Assembly: GCA_030704615.1 (NCBI GenBank)
Contig: CM060733.1
Coordinates: 18,600,001 to 18,664,000 of the forward strand
Direction: 5' to 3'
Source of the DNA: Takakia lepidozioides
Taxonomy: Eukaryota; Plantae; Bryophyta
DNA length: 64,000 nt
A program made the position numbers and the translations under genes. The notes beneath the pieces were generated by a model. The model was not told the DNA's origin. It worked only from the letters and a program-made list of their open reading frames with translations, and made no database searches. Shown one piece after another: positions 38,982 to 51,590 of the stretch; position 1 is the stretch's first letter; each line of letters starts with the position of its first letter.

Positions 38982-40402
38982 ATGGCAAACACCACTGGAT
39001 TTCTGCAGATGAGCAAGGATCTACCGAGAGTGCCAGCGTCTGGGAACTTTGTGGATGGAGTTGCTTCCAAGGATGTCACCATAGATACAGAAACTGGTGT
39101 CTCGGCGCGGATCTTTTTACCCGAGAGTGCCACAGAGAAGAAGGTGCCAGTGGTGGTGTATTTCTTCGGAGGGGGTTTTGTGGTAGGAAGTACTGATATG
39201 TCATACGCTCATGGCCATTGCACCTCCACCTCTGTGGCGGCTAACGCAATGATGGTGGCTGTGAATTACCGACTCGCTCCTGAGCACCGGCTTCCAACAG
39301 CTTACGAAGATAGCTTCAGTGGTCTTCTCTGGCTCCAAAAGCAGGTATTCTAGAACCCTCGCCATTTTCGTTGTCCGTACGTATGACTGCGGCCTAGTAA
39401 CCCGATGTTGACCTAAACATCTCACTCCATTAGCTCCACCCCTTATCTCGATGTTTAGCAGCCATGACGCAAGTTCAGAGCAACGGTGGGACCCATCATT
39501 CCGGAACTAAATTTGGATGATCCACGCCCAGAATCATGAAATGCACGGTTGATTGCATACAAGTGTTACATGCTCCCTTTGCAATTCGCTTTACCCACAA
39601 ATCCAGATTGCAGGACATGGCTCGAGTCTTCAAGTCCATCCGTTGCAAGTCACGGAGATGTGTCTAGACATTCTTTGTGAGAACGATCGGTGACCCGAGA
39701 TGTACTTTGTAAGGCAGCTGTCTACGAAATAGGTGTTTGATAGCACGACTAGTGCTTTGCTAATTCTGGGCTAAAAGTCGAGAGCATACTTGTCTTCTCC
39801 TCTCGCTCATTGGCTCCATGATTTATTAAATGTTATCGCAGGCCATACTTCAAGCGAATGGAAGAGGAGGAGGTGAGCCATGGCTTATGGAACATGCCGA
39901 TTTCTCACAGTGCTTTCTGATGGGAGAGAGTGCGGGGGGCAACATCGTGCACCATATGGCAGTGCGAGCATCTAGCGAAGATCTAAGCCCTCTCTCTCTC
40001 AAAGGACTCATCCCTATAATTCCTGGCTTTGTGACACCGTCCCCAAGCACTTCTGAAGAGCGATACAAAAACGATCCTATGTTGACACCTGAGGTTATAG
40101 CTGCAATCCTTGGCCTATCTCTCCCCGTAGGAGCATCTAGAGATCATCCGTTTTCGACGGTTCCATTTGGCCCGGATGCTCCAAACCTTGCAGAGGTAAA
40201 TTTTCCTCGCATGTTGGTGATCGTAAATAAGGAGGATCCACTGTACGATGCGCAGCTCCAGTATGTTAATGGTCTCAAGAATATCGGCAAGGACGTGAAG
40301 CTATTTGAGATAGAGAAAGGGGGTCATGGCTACAGATTATCTAGTAATGAAGATGTCATCAGGACCCAAGAGAAGACCATATCTGATTTCATCCACTGCT
40401 AG
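38982..40402 (+). CDS. CXE: Carboxylesterase, CXE/GID1-like alpha/beta hydrolase. Exons 38982-39344 and 39842-40402.
   Basis: GVASKDVTID...VSARIFLP, VVYFFGGGFVVGS, VNYRLAPEHRLPTAYED, nucleophile motif GESAGGNIVHH, RDHPF, Asp in EDPL, His in GGHGY. Phase-0 GT-AG intron. Confidence 0.92.
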
Positions 40403-41759
40403 AACTGTGGTAACGAATCCAGACTCTAGAGAATGATCCTTTAAATGTTTGGCTGAAGCTTGAGTTTTTTGCTTCACTTTTGCGACAACGAATCCAGACT
40501 CTATAGCTTCTGTTTTCTTCTTCCTACTTCGTGTTCCTCCCCCTCTTTTGGGAACTGCTCATCCTGTGTACGTTTACCCATTGTACATGTTGTAAATTAC
40601 AGGCTTTCATCATCTGGAAATCAAATGTTCAGCAGTCTTTTGCTTATCATGGTTTCAAAAAATATGATTTCACACTTCAAGTTTAGGGGAGGGCCTGAGG
40701 ACGGGGGCCTTCCTGAAATGAGGGGCCAGGCACCAGGCGGTAGGCCCACCCAGATTTTCCCATTCTTCACGCTCTGCTTTCCAACCAAAATCACGCGCAT
40801 TCTCTCGTCCCCCGACTGTGCAGTTCTGAGCTGTCTTACGACGGATTTCCTTGAGCTGGGCTGCTATCGATTGTTGTTGAGGCAACGTTGAGGATTTCTT
40901 CCCTTGTGCATGCGTGGAGATTTTTGGAAACAATGTCCATTCACACGACAACAATTTGCAAGGTCTTTTTCTGCTGCTTGCTTGCTGGACTCAACCCGTT
41001 GGCCACTATGTATGTGGAAAGGTTGAAAGGGATTGATTTGGCCACTGGGTCTTCTGTCGCCAGTTCTGTAGGGGCACCATTGCCTGTGGTCAATGATACA
41101 TGGAACATACCGTACTAACATTCAACATGTCAGACAAAAGCTCCATGGGTTGCCTTCAAACATAAGGCCGAGAAACATGAATGGCCAACACTCCATTTGC
41201 TTGCTCCTTTTCTTCTGTGTAAAATTGCATGTAAACCTGCACACCTACATGTACAAAGAAACCATCACTGTCATAGCAACATATCACGAGCTCAAACTAA
41301 TTACAGCTGCTTTGTGTCCCAACTCAATGCAGTCTTAGGTGAATAAGCACCTTGATACTTTTCTAGCTGCTTTACGTTTGAACATACAGTGTTTGCCAGA
41401 ACATGGCGTCGAGTGCTGCCTATAGGTCAGGAATTCCATTTGTACTTACAAGACATCATCCATGAAACAGTCTGCTGGAAAGGTGGAGTCCTGGTGATGA
41501 ACATGGTAGGACGTCATAAGAAAAAAAAGCAATGTGTATCTACCTCTGGTAATAGTTGTGATCCCAGGAAGCACTTTGTCAAGGTCATTACTGTCCAGCA
41601 TATCCTTGAATGTAGGATACGAATATGTAGCCTGCAACATAACAGAACGTACAACACTTAACCAGATACATTTCCGGTTGACATACAACAAAACTTACAT
41701 CCAAGTCTATATCCTCATGGGCAGGGCAGAAGTTCTAGCAGTGTTCCATGGACACCCAA

Positions 41760-42430
41760 ATGACCATTGAACTGGGAGTTGGGCTCAGTCAATGTACAAT
41801 GTAGACGATGATCTGTTGCCTGGCTGCAAATGAATAGTTTACTTCTCCTACAGGGAGAAGTCGTATTGGCAGTTGGCATGCTAAGGAAGGGTGCTTGACC
41901 TCATTGCACCCGTGAAGGATACGGTGACATACAACCCAACAAACCCCTGCTGCAGTGTGCAAGTGTGAACAGATGAAAGCCCTACCAGTGCCAAGTACAA
42001 GAGGCAATTCAAATTGGGACAGATCAATTTCAGAAAGGGTAGAATCTATCATTTCCAAGAAACCCACTAGAGCGTACCATCAACCACTCAAAGGGATAAA
42101 AACGGCTCAACCTATTTCTATTTGGTCTTGGGGGTACCAACCAAGAGATGCAGTCCCATACAGCTTAGTGTTGAATTTGTGAGGCAACAAGAGAATCCAA
42201 AAATAAGACAAAAATGAGTAAAGGGAATCACATGAACTTGTAGCAACAGAGTTTCATTTACCAACCAAAATCATACTGCCTGGATCTAATTGGAAGAGGA
42301 GGTGCTCTGGTATTTCATTGTTGGGCCAACTAGCACTCTTCAAACGATGGGCATCATTGAATTTTCATAATTCATCACTTGCAGAACAAATAAGTAGACA
42401 TTGCAGGCCTTCTAGCTATGATACCAACTA
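41760..42430 (-). mobile_element. Possible highly degenerate LTR-retrotransposon 5' internal remnant (PBS plus gag-like trace)
   Basis: Minus-strand TGGTATCATAGC at ~42415-42426 resembles the tRNA-iMet PBS TGGTATCAGAGC. The downstream stop-riddled translation contains LYGTASLGWY, weakly gag-like. Confidence 0.3.
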
Positions 42431-42882
42431 TAAACACTGCCCACCACCCTCCACCCAAAACAAAGGAGGGGAAAATCCTTGATACTGGCTTAAACTAGGG
42501 AGGATGGACCATCTTTGGTTCCAAGCAAGCAGGCAAGGTCCAGATTCCTAAACTTTTCACCGTGCGGATAGTACTGAAGGTCATGGCTCATTGCTGTTCC
42601 TGAAAATGCTTGGTATGGGGTCCACACTCCACACAGCCCCTTGTTTGTACAGGAACGGGCCTCTAAAACCGGGAAACGTACACCAAAACCGGTTACGTGA
42701 TTACAAGCCATGGGTCAATGTTTCCAGGGAGTCTCACACCATCGCATGATAGTGTTTTCTAGTCATGCTAGCCCATAAATGAATAGGTTGCTCCCTATGT
42801 ACTGAGGGTCGATTCAGCATTTTAGTGTACGTCATAGGCATTGTTCTCATAAATTGAGCAATGAGAGGATCGTATAACAAAC

Positions 42883-43534
42883 CAGTGTTGGACTAGTATC
42901 ATGGTTTTTTTATACCACTAGGGTAAGGGTATTGGGGTATAGTCGAATTATTCAAACCAGTATGGAATTGGTATCAAATGATGTGTAAATTTGATGGCCT
43001 GGTATGGTACATGGTATGGTATCAAAGTGAAAATCAGACTGGTATGGTATTAAACAAATTTTTAAAAGTCATACCAGCCTGGTATGTGCCAAGGTCTGGT
43101 ACCAGCTGCACTAGTGTAGTTCTTTCTAACTCTTAAAAATAAAAATAAATAAAACAAAAATAAAAATAAAAATAGACCAAATGGCCCCTAACTCTTCTCT
43201 ATCACTCTTGCAGTGGAGAAACTAACACATTGCATTTCATCTACTCCTCTTCAAACATATTAGCATCATGTAACATCCCTAATGAAAACTACCCTAAACC
43301 CTACCCATTGCATCCTCTCCCTCGAACGGCGCATGCTGACCTATTGGAGTGGTATCGCAAGGAAGAAGACCACATTGGACTGGTTTGCGCCAGGTTTTTG
43401 AAGTCCATGTATCCTACCCCACCAGGGTATTGCCGAGTCTTGCCCTTACAGATACCCGCCTGGTATGATCCTTCATACCATTACCCTTACCCTAGTTGAT
43501 ACCCGCCCCAGACCTATATACCGGTCCAACACTG
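42883..43534. mobile_element. Non-autonomous hAT-type element, 652 bp, same TIR family as 14126-14497
   Basis: TIRs CAGTGTTGGAC / GTCCAACACTG. TSD TAACAAAC / GAACAAAC (7 of 8 match). Many ggtat/atacc subterminal repeats. Confidence 0.88.
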
Positions 43535-45281
43535 GAACAAACTATGTAAAACTTTAAAGACAAATATCACTATCAATATCAATATTTTTTATGAAGACAA
43601 TGAATTTTATCCAAGACAATTATCTTTATCAAGACACAATTATTTCGTATCAAAATTTCATGTAGACCTATACAACCATTATCTATTTTATCAAAAGGCT
43701 AACTCTAAATACCATTATTTATTGTAAAACATAAAAACATCTGATGATGCTTGACTTATGCAAAAGTTTCGTAAACAACATTCCTAATCCAAGAAAGCTT
43801 GATGAATCCAAACCAAATGCAGTCCATCTCTTCATAAAACTTGAGTATACCCCATAAACAAACTAAAAATTCATTGCACGTCGTATTTTCTCACCCTATG
43901 GAACAGTTATGAAAATATGTCGTCCATAACACTGAATTTTGAGAAATGACACCTTATTGCAAATTCATGTTGTACAGATTTATACTGAGTCTCTTTAAAT
44001 GTAACTACCTCATGAATAATAAAGTCTACTAGCATCGACTTATCTAGGCTTGCAACCTGCAGTCAGAAAATTCACCAATACTGCACAGATCATTAGCACC
44101 AGCCTGAATGGCAACATAAAATCGCGCATTGCACAAAATCAAATACCAGCAAAACATCTGAACCGGAGCATCTGCACAATCGATTACTCCTCACAATTAT
44201 TAGTAGCATTTTTTAAAGTTGCTATTGATTCACTCAAAGTGTAGGTAGATCATAAATCATGAGTATCAAGTTTCTCATTAGAAAACAAATGAATGGTCGT
44301 GATAGTCTAGCTATTAATGATCAACTTGGATGGATCAACAGTAGCTGCACTAGCACGCTTCGGATGAATCTGAAATACACAGTTAGTGAATGTCCCTAAA
44401 AATACATGACCAATATGGTTGTGAGAATCAGTCATGGTGATATTGTCTCCGTTCTTGTGAGAGTAGTAATTTTATACAGCATGATCAATATCTTTTATGG
44501 TTTTTTCATTCTAGTAAGGATCGTCACATAGGTCAACAGATTACAACTTGTGCATCTTCATCGGTACATCTGCAATCTCTTTCTCATCAACGTCCATTTC
44601 ATCTCCATGACTTTTGGTTCTTTTAAGAACACGCTGAGGCGAATGAACTAGTTGAGGGACAGAAACAAAAATTGTTGGAACATGATTCTCAACATCCATA
44701 TGAACCAACGGTGATGGTAGGGTGGCTGCATTATCAATTTTTGTGCCGCTTGATCCTGCAATAGACAAACGATAGAAATCATTATTAACTACTTCAAATC
44801 CTAGTATTAACTCCATCAACACCTATACAATTTCCAATTTGCACTTCTTTGTACAATCCGGTCGAGCAGCCCCTACGCTTCAATCCAACTTTTGTCGCCA
44901 CCAGTACTAGCCTCTCCACCGCCATATCATACACGCCCTCCTTATCAGAGTCATAACGCATGAAAGCCTCATGAGAGTGATTTATATGGTTCTCATTGCA
45001 ATTGGTACCCCCATCATATTCGTACGTTTACAGCCAGTTACTGGCCCAGTGTTGTTGAAATAATTTCCATCGGGAAGATCTAGAACAATTGCAACCATTT
45101 TCTTCAACCAAACTTACCAATGGTCTTCTTTTCAATGCGTTGTCGGGTATACCATATGTTTGATTTCTTCATTTTAGAAGCTCCACAGCTCTCAAAAATA
45201 GCGGCAAAGACTCGCCATTTGGATCCTCATGAAGCAATGGATGGTATTCGTAGAATGTCCTAAATGTATCATAAACATCTA

Positions 45282-45423
45282 CTAGGGTAGCCTGTGTCGT
45301 TGGCCCAAGTGTCAAGTGTCATCTAAGCCCAAGTGCAATCTCCTATGTGGAGGCCCAAGTGCGACCTCTAGGGTAGCCTCTGCCGTTGGCCCAAGGGTCC
45401 AATGTCATCTAAGTCCAAATGCA
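45282..45423. repeat. Imperfect direct repeat (~55 bp x2) with extra gcccaagtg units
   Basis: ctagggtagcct.tg.cgttggcccaag.gtc.a.tgtcatctaag.cca occurs at ~45282 and ~45368. Confidence 0.7.
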
Positions 45424-45904
45424 TTTTTTTTCTATAGAGCCTACGACTAGATTTGAACCGGAGACCTTTCCCTTGATATCTCTCCGCTCGAGGCTCCAAC
45501 CATTGTCCCAGGAATTCCCACTTTGCTATTTTCGGGAAATTTTAGCGACCCAAAGTACTTGAAAGTCCACATCTCCCACACCGCAGATCCAAAAATCATG
45601 AGACCAAGCCCCCCTCCTCGCCAAGGGCTTTCCAATGGTACCAAGCACCAGCGTTGGGGCCTCATGGTTGGGGACATCTCAAATCTACAAAACAAAACAA
45701 AACAAACGTCTCGCTTCATATGTTGATAGTGTAATCGTACATTTCACTGGGCGTCTTAACCTTCTTAGGTTGGCAGCTATTGTCACATTCCAATTTTTTG
45801 TTCCAGGCCTTTCTTGAAACTTAAGCACTCAACATGCAATATTATCATAATATCTTTAGCATATAGACTTAACAAACAAAAACATAAGAAAACAGATTAT
45901 TTAC

Positions 45905-45907
<3 letters not shown>

Positions 45908-45951
<44 letters not shown>
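45908..45951. repeat. (TA)n microsatellite, about 22 units
   Basis: Uninterrupted tatata run. Confidence 0.95.
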
Positions 45952-45953
<2 letters not shown>

Positions 45954-46891
45954 GGAGCCGGAGGTAGCGTAATTAATAAGAGCCTCTTCCCTTTGTAGGT
46001 ACTGCCCCCTTTGGGGGTGGGGTCTATCAAACCTAGAACCAGTTATATAGTGGCAAGCTGACCACTTTCAAAAAAAAAAATTGTTGAGGATTAAGGCTGT
46101 AAGTGACGTAATTGCTGTAAAGTATAGGGTGGTGTAGGAGTGGGGTGATGTATTTTACAGAAGTTTGAGGTTTTCTTTGAGAATTTGAGTGTTTGTGGCA
46201 ATGTGCTCACCCTCTGACACCAGCGGTAATGATAGTCAAAAGGGCAGTTTTCCATCCATGGTGACGAAGGGCTAAGATGAGCGGTTCATATTTTTCACAT
46301 TTAATAACATAATTGATTTGTTATAGTCTCTTCATGCCAAAATGTAAAATCTATTATATGAATGGTGAGGGAGGGGTGTGGACCTGTTGGTATTGTTGAT
46401 GAAAGAGGTAGTCCATGGATAAGTAGAATATCAGGGCATAACCTTGCTAGACAATGACATCGGATATAGAGATATGTGCAGGTAGAAGCCATAGAGGTTA
46501 GGTATTGTGTGGTCCGGTGATCTATCTTGAAACGTACCTGCATTGATGAGGCTAAACCATCTGGATTTAGGATGTGATAGAAGAAGTTTGAAGATGCCCT
46601 TGGGGGGTCACTTCCCGTATTTTCAAAACCACGTGAGAACAAATATAGGGTGCAATTTATTTTTTTGAGGTAAATTTTAGAAAAGTTTTACTTATAAAAT
46701 ATAGTAATGCAATATCCTTTCACCCAATTTTTTTTAAAAAAATATCACAAAATATCCAGAGTTTTACTTAAAAAATTAATGTAATAAAGAGTTTTATCTA
46801 CATCCTTGTGAAGTTTCTCATATTGCATCCCGCTCTAATCCATCAGGATGAAATCAGGTAGAGGTCACTTGAAGTTCAAATATGGTTATAG

Positions 46892-47600
46892 TGATACATA
46901 GTGGTGTCGTGCGCATACATATCGCTACACAACTACATCGCTGTCCAAAACCACACAACACATGTGCACACCACACACTAGTATACCACTAGTCCACCAC
47001 TAGTCTAACCACTAGTCCAACCACTAGGCTACAACTAGTCAGTCACTAGGCTGCCACTATGCTGCCCACTATGGTAGTCACTAGTCCACACAATGATAAA
47101 GAAGAAGGATACAAGCACGAGCTCACAAATCTGAAGCATAAACTCATGCATATATAACCTCATCACTCAAATACAAGTCAAGCCAAGTGCACCCCACGCC
47201 ATGGGGAATCCACACTACGGCGCCATAGCTAGGCGCGGTGGGGCTCAACTCGAGAAAGATGAGCCTTCCGCGCTTGCCGTAAAGATAACCACTCCAGGGC
47301 CTAAATCTGCCTTGACCCCTGGATTGACACTTGGGCCAATCCCAAATGTCAATATGTAAAAGCTAGCTATTTCCTAGCTAGTTTCACACTAGTGGTAAAA
47401 TAACTTGACAGCTGTCGTGCGCATACATATCGCTACACAACTACATCGCTGTCCAAAACCACACAACACATGTGCACACCACACACTAGTATACCACTAG
47501 TCCACCACTAGTCCAGCCACTAGTCCAACCACTAGGCTACAACTAGTCAGTCACTAGGCTGCCACTATGCTGCCCACTATGGCAGTCACTAGTCCACACA
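46892..47600 (-). mobile_element. 3' LTR of the Gypsy element, with an internal ~188-bp direct repeat
   Basis: On the minus strand, PPT AGGGGGGCG (~47603-47612) precedes TG at 47600. Near-identical blocks at 46905-47093 and 47413-47601. The candidate CA end at 46892 is less certain. Confidence 0.75.
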
Positions 47601-47860
47601 ATCGCCCCCCTAGCTAGTGCTTAGGTCCCTCTAAGTCCAGGTAGTCACAAGATGTGATAGTGACCATAGCCTCACTAAGTCCTCCACCACTATCCCTACT
47701 ACACTCAAACTCGATAGATCAAGAGGCCGGGTGCAAGAGTTGCCCCATCGTTAGTCGCCGTCTTGCAACATGTGAACTTGAGCTTGGGATCTCATGTATT
47801 GACTCCTATGAGCTTGGCCTCCCATGTCTTGTTAGCTGCCTCCAGTCATGTCCACTGCCA

Positions 47861-50800
47861 CTATCCCAAGCAGTGTGGACACAACCAATCTCCGTCAGGA
47901 ACCTTCTCAAGAGGTGGTGTCAAGCATCCCATATGCCAACCCCTTGAGCATCGATCACACACCAGCATGGTGGCTGCCCCTTTGGCAGACCCACAGAGCA
48001 TGCACCTCAAACCTGCAGGTACCACTGCCAAGTTTGGGTCAACTCTGCCATCGACATTGGGAAGGTGACATGGCGCACAATTACGCACATGGTCCTTCCA
48101 AGTCATGCCATCCCGACCCTCTAAGATCAGGACCCCTGAGGGCAACACCTCTCGAACCCTCAGAATAACACGCCCTGCAGTAACATCCAGAGTCGTAGGA
48201 GCAGTCTGCTGCAAATAAACATAGTCACCAGGGCTAAACCTCCGAACCCCAGGACGATATCCTCCACCACGTATAGTGGCATACCTCAACGTATCACAGT
48301 GCTGTGCAATGGCAAGGTCCATGGGCATGACTTTCTTGAACAACTCTGCACGCTGATCACATGCACGTACCCACACGTCCGGATCGTCAAGGTTAAGGAC
48401 TTGAGCAGTGTCCCTACGAATGGTTGCAGGCAAATCCGGCTCTCGGCCAAAGAGAAGGAAGGAGGCAAGTGATGCTTGTTTGCTGAACCTGTAGCCCATG
48501 CCTAACCAAGGAACCTGAAGATCCCAATCTCCTAGATGTCCCTTCTGCAAGCCATACTTGCGCAAACCCCTCTTCATCGTCTGAACAACTCTCTCTGCCA
48601 AGCCATCGGCCTCAGGATGATCCCGAGAAGTGGTGCGGTGGTCTATCAAGACTTTATCATACAAAGCCTGAAACTCCCCCAAGAACTCTCTCCCTTGGTC
48701 CGTGAGTACCTCAGCTGGAGCACCAAATCGGCTAAGCACACGATCCAAGAATGCATACGCAGCCCCCTCACTAGCCTTGTCAGGCAATGGAACCAACTCA
48801 ATCCACTTGGAGAAGTGCTCCACCATCACCAACACATATCTGTGGTGGCGCATAGTTAATGGCAACGGTCCTGCGAAGTCAAGACTCCACCTGTAGCCCA
48901 ATCCCATGATTGGTAAAGGATGCAACTGTGGTGTAGGGGCGTTGAATGAAGCACGCACCCTGTCACACACCATGCACCTAGCCACGAACTGTTGCACCTC
49001 TGTATGCATACCACGCCACCAATACTGCCCCTGCAGTAAACTGTGAGTGCGTCGCACTCCAAAATGCCCCAATTCCTCATGGGCATGCCGCACTTACCGT
49101 GCACGCTGTGTGGGGTGAGGCACAATCCTCACCCGACCATCCTCCCACACTCGAAGTAGGTGTATCCCCTCCCACTTGAACCTCTTGGCTCGTTGCAGGA
49201 TCCGATCCCTCTCCCTGGCAGTCACAGTGGCTGCCGTGTCTCCCGTGCGGAGGTAGTCCAACACAGCCGAATCCTCATGTATATCTCTGGCACCACCTGG
49301 CTCATCACTAGCCTCAGGGTCCTCAGACACTCCGTCTACAGTCATCCCTATTGTAGGTCCAACCTGACCTCCCGATGCCAAGATACACAAAAATACAGAT
49401 GCGTGCCATCCCGGCACCATCTCCTCGTCCGTCTCACCATGCCACCGAGCTCCTGTGTCATCCTGCTGGCTCATGCAGGGATTGCGACTCAATCCATCCA
49501 CATCCCGATTGACCAAACCTGGTCGATGCACAACCTGAAAGTCATACTCCTGGAGTATGAGTGCCCACCGTGCAAGCTTCCCCGTAAGCTTGTCTGACTC
49601 CATCAACCACTTGAGTGGTTGGTGATCCGTGACAAGGGTGAAAAGATTGCCGTATAGATAGCACCTGAAGTGTGCCACGGCCCACACTGCAGCTAAGCAC
49701 TCTCCCTCATATGAGCTGTACTTAGCCTCTGCAGCGTTGTTCGAGCGGCTAGCATAAGCCACTACGAACTCTCTTCCCTCATCATCCACCTGTGTGAGCA
49801 CCGCTCCAAGCCCCAGCATGCTCCAATCCGTATGCAACTAAAAGGGACGCCCCCTGATAGGTCGTCTCAGGATAGGCGCCGAGGTCAACCTCGCCTTGAG
49901 CTCTTGAAAAGCTCGTTCCTGCTCATCTTCCCACTGCCACTCCTGGTCCACCTTGGTCAGCTTGGTTAGAGCCTTTGCAATGGTACTAAATCCCTTGACA
50001 AACCGTCTATAATAGTTTGCCAACCCCATGAAAGCTCAAACTCGGCTCACATCCGTGGGGCGTGGAATTTGTGCAATGGCCTCTACCTTAGTCTGCTGTA
50101 CCCCCAATCCTCCAGGATATATCATGTGATCCAGATACTCAATCTGGTTGTGGAAAAACTTGCACTTCCCCGGATGCAACTTCAATCCGTGCGCTCTCAA
50201 GCGCTCCAATACCACTTGAAGGTGTCTCTCATGCTCATCCATCGTAACACTAAAGATGATGATGTCATCTATGTAGCACCGAACAAAGTCCACCCCTGCT
50301 AGAATCCTATCCATGACTCTCTGAAACTTTGCAGGAGCATTCTTAAGCCCAAATGGTAAGAACCGCCACTGATATAGGCAATCCTTGCCGTGCTCATTGA
50401 TCCCCCAGAATGCCGTCTTCTGCTTGTCCGCCTCCTTGATTAACAACTGGTGATATCCGGATCGTAAATCCAAAGTGCTAAAGGCCTTAGCATGCCCGAT
50501 GGCATCAAAGATTTCCTCTGGTGTTGGCATGGCATACTTATCGGACTTGGTCTGATGATTTACAGGCCGGTAATCACCGCACATACGTCTCTCCGTCCAA
50601 TTGCCATAGACATCCTTCTTGGCTGGCATCACTGTGGCTGAAGCATACTCTCCACCAGAGAGCTCCACCAAACCTGCCTCCCAGAGATCTTGAGTCCTCA
50701 TCTGAATCAAAGACCTCTCCATGTCACTGTATCTATAGGGTCTCCGAAAGATTGGCGTGTCAGTGGCCAACTCAATACGGATCTCTTGACCCTTCAGTGC

Positions 50801-51590
50801 TCCCAAGTCCTTCAAACTGAAGGCAAAGCAATTCCTGTAAGCCCTCAGGAACCGCCGTATACGTCGTCTCTCTCCTCCGGTGACAATGGGTCCAATGTCA
50901 GGCTCCCAATTGTCCTCCGTAACTACAACCTTAAGTCCAGTGGGCTTAGAGGTAGAGGACGCGTCCAGTGGTTGTTATGTTGCAACCTCTTGAGCAGTAC
51001 TCCGTGCCTGCTCAGTCAATGACAAGGCCTCATCCTGCCCCATCATCTCATCCTTGAGGACCTCCTCAACCCGAGAAGAATCCCCAACCTCATCCATCAC
51101 AGCCGCCTTGGCTGCCAACTCCCTCTGAACCTCGAGCACCTCCCACGTGTGCCATGGATGCATGCACCCTGTGGTCCTCACATGCTCGCCCCCACTCACT
51201 GCCTGTACCGTCTCGGTAGGCAGAGAGACCATTGAGGGAAGTGTACTCTGCACTCTGCGTTGCTCAGCCAGAGCCAAGCTGATAATCCAGGTCAAGCAAT
51301 TGAGATCCATTGCTTGCCCCAACACTTGATGACGTGATGCCTCAGAAAGAGACGACACTGCGTGGTACCAGTGGTAAAACCCATTGCCCGCTCACGCTCG
51401 TCAGCATTAGGCTCCACTAACTGCTGCAACTGAGCATCCCACAGGAGGCCAGGTCCACTATCCCGGAAAGCATGCGATCCTGGGAAGCTGAGCAGTGTAG
51501 GTAATGCTGCTCGTGGTTGACCCACCTTGTTGACCACTGCCAAAGGCAAATGGTCATCATGTCTCACACGCTGAGACTGCCTCCCTGTGT
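47861..51590 (-). mobile_element. Ty3/Gypsy LTR retrotransposon pol, 5'-truncated pseudogene: C5-MTase C-terminus, RT, RNase H, integrase, PHD finger
   Basis: RT: RMCGDYRPVN, LDLRSGYHQ, LPFGLKNAP, YIDD. RNase H: HTDWS, EGECLAAVWAV, TDHQPL. Integrase: HEELGH...CMVC, WSLDFAGP, LTDQGREF, DGLAERV. PHD C4HC3 at the end. ORFs 51358-50975, 50815-50036, 50029-49838, 49837-49094 and 49093-47861 all share one frame, broken only by single stop codons. Confidence 0.95.
51255..51590 (-). pseudogene. C-terminal fragment of a DNA (cytosine-5) methyltransferase domain inside the Gypsy polyprotein
   Basis: Repairing a 1-nt frameshift at ~51361 gives EPNADERERAMGFTTGTTAVSSLSEASRHQVLGQAMDLNCLTWII. This has the layout of C5-MTase motifs IX and X (compare DNMT3 [31 protein letters not shown]). 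Confidence 0.72.

Noticed and set aside
43800-45270. AT-rich region with short ORF remnants (e.g. 44541-44822)
   Set aside because: Probably a decayed TE gene, but no diagnostic domain could be identified.
46905-47601. CRISPR-like array or TRIM interpretation of the short actagt repeats
   Set aside because: The context is eukaryotic, there are no unique regular spacers, and no PBS or PPT flanks the spacer. It is explained as LTR substructure.
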